Source: Bacteroidales bacterium | GTDB taxonomy: Bacteria; Bacteroidota; Bacteroidia; Bacteroidales; UBA4181 | Length of the DNA: 64,000 nucleotides | Assembly (NCBI GenBank): GCA_031275285.1 | Contig: JAISOY010000001.1 | Span: 71,435 to 135,434 of the forward strand | Direction: 5' to 3' | Shown here: in pieces, positions 60,001 to 64,000 of the stretch | How the letters are laid out: every line of letters starts with the position of its first letter | Position numbering within the stretch: the stretch's first letter is position 1 | Notes under the pieces: model-generated | The model's input: the letters and a program-made list of their open reading frames with translations, nothing else | Databases searched by the model: none | Told to the model about the DNA's origin: nothing | Position numbers and translations under genes: made by a program

Positions 60001-60951
60001 CACAACAGCATTGTTCATTCTTCCATCAATGATATTTATGGAGAAATTCCTGAAGAATTACAAAACGACAGGTCACACGATGTGGTGGCTTATGAACACT
60101 ACAATCCGGGTAACAATATCTGGTTGCAGCAAAATGCCCTGAATTTTCAATGGATTGATGGGCGAATGGCCCATATCGTTACAGGAATCGATATTACCCA
60201 GCGGAAAAAAATGGAATTGGACTTAATAGAAGCAAAAAATAAAGCCGAAGAATCAGACAGGTTAAAATCTGCATTCCTGGCCAATATGTCGCATGAGATC
60301 CGTACACCCATGAATGCGATCATTGGTTTTTCCCAGTTAATTGTAGAAGAACATAGCTCCGAAGAAGGCAAGCAATACTCAGGTATCATTAAAGATAATT
60401 GTGATTTACTGCTCAAATTGATTGACGATATCATTGAATTATCAAAAATCGACTCGAATCAGGTGGATATTTCTTTAACATTTTGTGATTTGAACATTTT
60501 TCTAGATGAACTTGACGTTTTCTATAAAGAAGAATTACAAATCAGAAAAAAAAATGAGGTGAAGTTCATCTGCCACAAAACACCACAACTACCTGTCATT
60601 CTAACAGATACAATAATTTTGCGGCAAATCCTGGATAATTTACTGGATAATGCCATTAAATTTATTGATAAAGGACACATTAAAGTAACATGTGATATTC
60701 CCGATGACGGGTACATCCATTTTACAGTTTCGGATACCGGTATCGGTATCCCAGAAAACAAACAAGGGATCATTTTCGAACGTTTCCGGCAGGCGAAAGA
60801 CAACAATATCCGGAACCTTTCCGGAACCGGATTAGGATTATCCATTTCTAAAAGTCTGGTACGACTGCTTGGTGGTGATATCCATTTCGATTCGAAGGAA
60901 GGAGAAGGGACATCTTTTCATTTTACCGTTCAACATCAATCTGTTGAATAA
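57001..60951 (+). CDS. Large cytoplasmic sensor histidine kinase (multiple PAS, two GAF-like, HisKA + HATPase_c; no receiver and no TM segment seen)
   Basis: 1316 aa. H-box SAFLANMSHEIRTPMNAIIGF, N-box LDNLLDNAIKF, and G-boxes DTGIGI and GTGLGLSISKSLV. Upstream PAS-like repeats contain the INDGFVMDVTEQ, THTDITKQ and GIDITQRK junction motifs. Confidence 0.85.
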   Translation: MKKKDNSRSDFAILGTKRLRTENAKLRSEVDRLSKINSRYKQIISNISNSVIAIDMSGDIVDVSSTRRDSHTGHEKMIGNSFWDKYEELNLTEDMIPHPENEEKMTLLYNAAQQKSRKLHQITQNNKTSTQRCIDYFMIKDNNEELICIVTKNITSEIQQNCACLQENNIRKPDTVHEKYTSANKELEKQIAEKNKAISDLKENRMIFTAFFEQSREGILLLDKTGKIQRCNKNAETFLSLNKKQCIGKYLWDIAQTTLANPRQYDDYKDHYKIMIEDIIKSKKNDIFHEEYNFRITHSGTPRYIHTILFPVVVDEEKYIGAILQDKTEIYFYQQEVKDYNEELEALVRKKSQALYENEQKLRTLSDNFPNGFIFRFEKNTETSEIKFTYLSKGFTKITGLDRESVMKDPYILFERMPPDSLNKLAEIDNIKSIDFISTAFLGENNREHNWYHVSGITHPQNNHILVNDGFVMDVTEQMAYREALEFSEHRLKTIVSKLQDMVLVMDANGIISYVTPSCRSIIGYETDDIINQSIFKYIHPEDNQTVNQYINYVQTCNELPECRYRFYKSNGEIAEVKAAIVNMLYDPYVNGLVVTHTDITKQVETQRRMERSLLRHRLLNNILIPLQRTEVIDPVIQNAINQFGKFLNIACISVYEFADDLKIMKCLFDWSENDISIVSKTFMIEDGIISEEVTIDRFWENEIIHITNFNRVSKDVVLLLKRRKIESTLLIPLFVDGGIFGMVSFSVCGKREWKHDEESLFLSFSQILSSALQKQKAAASELAAQRYIARNLERQELLNRILTPLQKAKNMGQNIQKALGEIGRYTNVSRVSVHEISNDMMYWTYSYEWCNTGIEPQIDKFKRHSYDTYRFLFQSLKSGQSFCVYDVEKASPPLNETLMVQGICSILFIPLYMDGILKGCISISECSFKRQWTDDEISLLKGFAQILSNSLQKLKTEISKENALMSMITVLDNTPLHIYVTDVVNNELLFANQRVRKTIHNSIVHSSINDIYGEIPEELQNDRSHDVVAYEHYNPGNNIWLQQNALNFQWIDGRMAHIVTGIDITQRKKMELDLIEAKNKAEESDRLKSAFLANMSHEIRTPMNAIIGFSQLIVEEHSSEEGKQYSGIIKDNCDLLLKLIDDIIELSKIDSNQVDISLTFCDLNIFLDELDVFYKEELQIRKKNEVKFICHKTPQLPVILTDTIILRQILDNLLDNAIKFIDKGHIKVTCDIPDDGYIHFTVSDTGIGIPENKQGIIFERFRQAKDNNIRNLSGTGLGLSISKSLVRLLGGDIHFDSKEGEGTSFHFTVQHQSVE

Positions 60952-60970
60952 AATCAATACCTTACTGAAT

Positions 60971-61007
60971 AAAAAAGAAGATATCCGTTTGGATATCTTC
61001 TTTTTTT
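60971..61007. terminator. Bidirectional rho-independent terminator between convergent genes
   Basis: aaaaaagaagatatcc gttt ggatatcttcttttttt forms a 10-bp GC/AT stem flanked by A-run and T-run. Confidence 0.7.
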
Positions 61008-61027
61008 AAAGCATTCACTCAGGGTCA

Positions 61028-62647
61028 TTAATAATAATAGCCCAGCTTGAAATCAGCTATCTGCATGGTATTACTGGCTGAAGTCCATAAATCATACCTT
61101 ACTTTGACATATTTGTAGGTAGATGTTACAGGAAGTGGTACATTTCCGCTTTCCATATTAGCTCCGGGAGCAAATACGCCTTTATCAGTCGGTTGAGTGG
61201 AATCGGCCGTTGAGCTTGTAGGTACAATCGGTTCGGCATTGATCTGCGTCCATTTGCTTTCATCTGTAATACAATCATCATCATTACTACCAAAGAAAGT
61301 TACACCCTGTGGTTTCAGACCAGCTCCGTTGCCTCCGTTTTCTCTGTAACGCATACTGAAATAATTAAATTGCTGAGGTGTAGTCGGATCCAAACGGATA
61401 ATGAACCATGGCTTTTCATTGGGTTCAGTAATGCTGACTCCACCATTACTATGTGTGGCACCATCGGTAGCATCAGTACCGATACCTTTTACCATCGACA
61501 GATATGTGCGGCTGTCACTGTCAAAATGAGCACTTGGGCTGTTGGTCCCATCACCGGAAGTATTACTGAGTGCAGCGTTATTGTATGGTAAAAGATGTGA
61601 CAAATACGGAGACTTATTCTTGTCATTTACCGATGATTTATAATTCACAGTCGCTATAGGATTTCCGGTTTCCTTATCTGTTTCCGGATCTGCATACCAA
61701 TTGGTTCTATCCATATCAAAATACCTTGCTGTTGTATATTCCTGCATGGTAGTTGATACCGAAACATCATCAAATTGATATAATCTGAGACAATTGACTA
61801 CAAGCGCATTATAGTCTGTTAATGTAATCGTATTGGAGGTAGTGGATTGCGATTTTTCTTCACCTGTTGTGATATCAACCCACCGGAATTCATAACCGGT
61901 CCAATAGCCATCATTTGGTACAGGCAAAGTAAAACTATTGGTCGGTTTATCAAATCCGGCATCTATTTCCGCTTCCGTTGCATTCATTACAAAATACTGC
62001 CAGGGGGACTGAAAAATGTCAGTGCCGCCTTCTTCTGGAATATAAGAAGTACGGTAACGGAACGAGCTTGCTTTGAAATCATTCAGGTAACCTACAGTAT
62101 CAGAAGAATTGATTTGTACGAAAAAAGCATTGCCGTCCTGTTTCCACTCAAAATCCGTATATAAGACAGTCTGGTCGGCATTTTCCCTGTATACGATCTT
62201 CCGGTCTGCGCCAATCTGGTCATTTTTGATAATATTCCGGTTATTCAGGTATGATTCCCATACGGAACCGTACACTGTCGCAGTTACCGAAGTAGGAACA
62301 GAAGTATTACCTTCATCGTCCAGAATATATACTTCAAAAATATAAGAAGCTTCAGCCAGATCATTAATATAGAAATCTGTTGCTACAGAAGGATCAAATG
62401 GTTGCGTGTGGTGTCCTTGTTTATTCGACCAGTATATTTCAGCCTTAACACCACGTGGGTCTTCTAATTTAGGCCACATAAAACGGACACGGTTACGTTC
62501 GCCAATGGCTATTAACTCAGCTTCATCCAGTTTGGCAAGATAAGTGATCGGTCCATCGTCTACAAAATCTTTATAATTATCGTCTATAGGCGAACAGGCA
62601 CCTGCAAGAACGATCAGGAATAAGAATAAATATCTGATATTATTCAT
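61028..62647 (-). CDS. PUL-associated surface lipoprotein (DUF4998-like N-terminus, discoidin/F5-8-type-C-like C-terminus)
   Basis: 539 aa. The lipobox is VLAGAC and the N-terminal pattern is DFVDDGPITYLAK...NRVRFMWPKLEDPRGVKAEIYW. The family was recalled from memory. Confidence 0.55.
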   Translation of the reverse strand: MNNIRYLFLFLIVLAGACSPIDDNYKDFVDDGPITYLAKLDEAELIAIGERNRVRFMWPKLEDPRGVKAEIYWSNKQGHHTQPFDPSVATDFYINDLAEASYIFEVYILDDEGNTSVPTSVTATVYGSVWESYLNNRNIIKNDQIGADRKIVYRENADQTVLYTDFEWKQDGNAFFVQINSSDTVGYLNDFKASSFRYRTSYIPEEGGTDIFQSPWQYFVMNATEAEIDAGFDKPTNSFTLPVPNDGYWTGYEFRWVDITTGEEKSQSTTSNTITLTDYNALVVNCLRLYQFDDVSVSTTMQEYTTARYFDMDRTNWYADPETDKETGNPIATVNYKSSVNDKNKSPYLSHLLPYNNAALSNTSGDGTNSPSAHFDSDSRTYLSMVKGIGTDATDGATHSNGGVSITEPNEKPWFIIRLDPTTPQQFNYFSMRYRENGGNGAGLKPQGVTFFGSNDDDCITDESKWTQINAEPIVPTSSTADSTQPTDKGVFAPGANMESGNVPLPVTSTYKYVKVRYDLWTSASNTMQIADFKLGYYY

Positions 62648-62674
62648 GTTTTACAAATTAATATGAATGAAAAT

Positions 62675-63973
62675 TTATTTATCTGAACCGAAAACACTTA
62701 TTTCAGCCATCATAACTGCATTGGCTATTGTATTGGTAGAGAAGCATTTCAAAACCTGGATGCGTATATACCTGACTTTTCCGTCCGTAGCATCCAATGC
62801 CATTTCATGCCCTGCTTCTATCAATGCATCATCTTCAGCAGAACGGTCGTTATTTCCGGGATACGGCTCGAATGAGCCGTCGGCGCGGGAAATGTAGAAG
62901 ATACCCAGATCCAGCCAGGCGGTGGGATCATTGATATCATCCACCAGTTCAGTAGGATCACTACCATTATATGTAGATGCGAATACGCGTACAATCTGCG
63001 GATGCCCGTTACGGAACTTATTGGCAGCGTCATTCCTGGGCCATATCAGTAAACGGCTCAGCATATACTGGGCTCCGAGATCAATGGTCACATGCTGCGG
63101 GAATGGGGCCAGGGGCTTGGTATGATAGCATGCTCCTGATGTGTGGCTTCCATCCCATAAATATCTGACTCCGGTGGTGGAACCGCTCCAGGTATGCATC
63201 TTATGCCCCCAGAAATTTGAAGGTAGTAATTGGCCAGTCTGGTCAGGTACAAAAGAACCATCACCATCCAGGTTGCACAACGCTACTTCTGCAAATTTAT
63301 TCTTGGGTAATTCCATTTCAAACCAGGGTTTAACCGAGGCCTCTTTCATCGGGGACCAGTGTCCCCAGCGGTCGCGGACCTGTACGCCAAAATGTTGTAG
63401 TGTATCTGCCGCATGCCCTTTGTTATAGAATTGTATATTCGGACTTATCAAATAATCGGTACCTACTTCGACATATTCGTTCATTACGGTATCTTTTTTA
63501 AAGGTACGGAAAGTAAGTTTCGCCATCGTTTCATTTTCAGAAACAACACGGACACCTAAAAAGTAAGGCAGGATATTCATTTCATCATATGCAACCAGGT
63601 ATGGAGGACGAGCCGGATTGACGGTCGCCTCTACCGGTTCGGAATAGGTTCCGCCGTCGCTGATGGAATACAGTTTTACATTATATGTACCTTCGGCGCC
63701 AAAACCGTCCACCAGGATAGAGTCGGTATAGAACGAGGCTGTGGCATCGTATTCGATGCCGTCATCGGTGGTCCATACAGCTTTTACATACTTCAGATGC
63801 TTGTCGTTCGGGCGGTCGTAATAAATAACGGAAGCCCCGCTGATATCCCTGACCCCGGTAACCGTTACCTGTTTCGGAACTTCGGTACTCCCCTTAGGAG
63901 TGTTTAAATCATCTTCTTTACAAGAATAAAGCCATAAACAGGCTGTAATAAATAGAATAATATATCGTGTCAT
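62675..63973 (-). CDS. PUL-associated surface lipoprotein (DUF4959/DUF5126/DUF5000-like)
   Basis: 432 aa. The lipobox is WLYSC and there are Ig-like N-terminal repeats (VTVTGVRDISGASVIYYDRPNDKHLKYVKAVW). The C-terminal discoidin-like block ends ...IRIQVLKCFSTNT. The family was recalled from memory. Confidence 0.55.
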   Translation of the reverse strand: MTRYIILFITACLWLYSCKEDDLNTPKGSTEVPKQVTVTGVRDISGASVIYYDRPNDKHLKYVKAVWTTDDGIEYDATASFYTDSILVDGFGAEGTYNVKLYSISDGGTYSEPVEATVNPARPPYLVAYDEMNILPYFLGVRVVSENETMAKLTFRTFKKDTVMNEYVEVGTDYLISPNIQFYNKGHAADTLQHFGVQVRDRWGHWSPMKEASVKPWFEMELPKNKFAEVALCNLDGDGSFVPDQTGQLLPSNFWGHKMHTWSGSTTGVRYLWDGSHTSGACYHTKPLAPFPQHVTIDLGAQYMLSRLLIWPRNDAANKFRNGHPQIVRVFASTYNGSDPTELVDDINDPTAWLDLGIFYISRADGSFEPYPGNNDRSAEDDALIEAGHEMALDATDGKVRYIRIQVLKCFSTNTIANAVMMAEISVFGSDK

Positions 63974-64000
63974 TATTATATAATTAAAAGGTTACCAACC

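Noticed and set aside
63992-64000. Possible 3' end of a SusD-like gene (reverse strand ...GW-stop) at the right window edge
   Set aside because: Only 9 nt are visible, which is far too little to support a feature.
1-64000. CRISPR arrays, tRNA and rRNA genes
   Set aside because: By eye I saw no regularly spaced 25-40-nt repeats, no tRNA T-arm (GGTTCGAATCC-like) context in the intergenic regions, and no rRNA-like conserved blocks. A tRNAscan/Infernal run would be needed for certainty.

Overview
The window looks like a Bacteroidales chromosome segment. That is an inference from TAnnTTTG-type promoter boxes, an ECF sigma/FecR pair, PUL-associated lipoprotein families and Bacteroides-type tyrosine integrases. 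No database search was possible, so all protein calls rest on motifs I could read in the translations. Three parts stand out. (1) Positions 1 to about 16.3 kb are the right-hand part of an integrative mobilizable element (IME-1). It carries two tandem integrases, a relaxase with MobC, DUF3408 and HTH/excisionase-like genes. Its cargo is a single tightly packed minus-strand operon: HTH controller - hsdM - hsdS - [five inserted genes] - hsdR. The five inserted genes (2601-6027) are very AT-rich and encode four TIR-domain proteins plus a stand-alone SLOG/LOG-like protein. Two of the TIR proteins are ThsB/DUF1863-like, one is a short TIR_2-like protein, and one is a 396-aa multidomain TIR protein. 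No SIR2, Macro, TM, nuclease or protease effector is visible. This is my best candidate for a previously undescribed system: a Thoeris-related TIR/SLOG signalling module in the PrrC-like slot of a type I R-M operon. (2) A second, complete element of about 6.8 kb (IME-2, 26245-33014) splits a glycoside hydrolase gene and is flanked by a 9-bp direct repeat, TAAAATAAA. It carries an integrase, a MobV relaxase and an AT-rich cargo operon: lipoprotein, DUF262/DUF1524 (GmrSD-like) protein and HNH protein. (3) The rest is housekeeping: DUF2851, DUF3108, ugd, lspA, ydcF-like, tgt, lptF/G-like, ftsY, kbl, radical SAM, FecCD permease, polA, M64 peptidase, msbA-like ABC exporter, a 7TM-HD protein, isochorismatase-like protein, a 1316-aa PAS/GAF histidine kinase and two PUL lipoproteins. 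Oddities in this part are an in-frame TGA in polA, an ECF/anti-sigma pair linked to an STN-domain protein with no TonB barrel, and a long imperfect palindrome in the space downstream of the FecCD permease gene (44685-45710). I found no rRNA, tRNA or CRISPR array.
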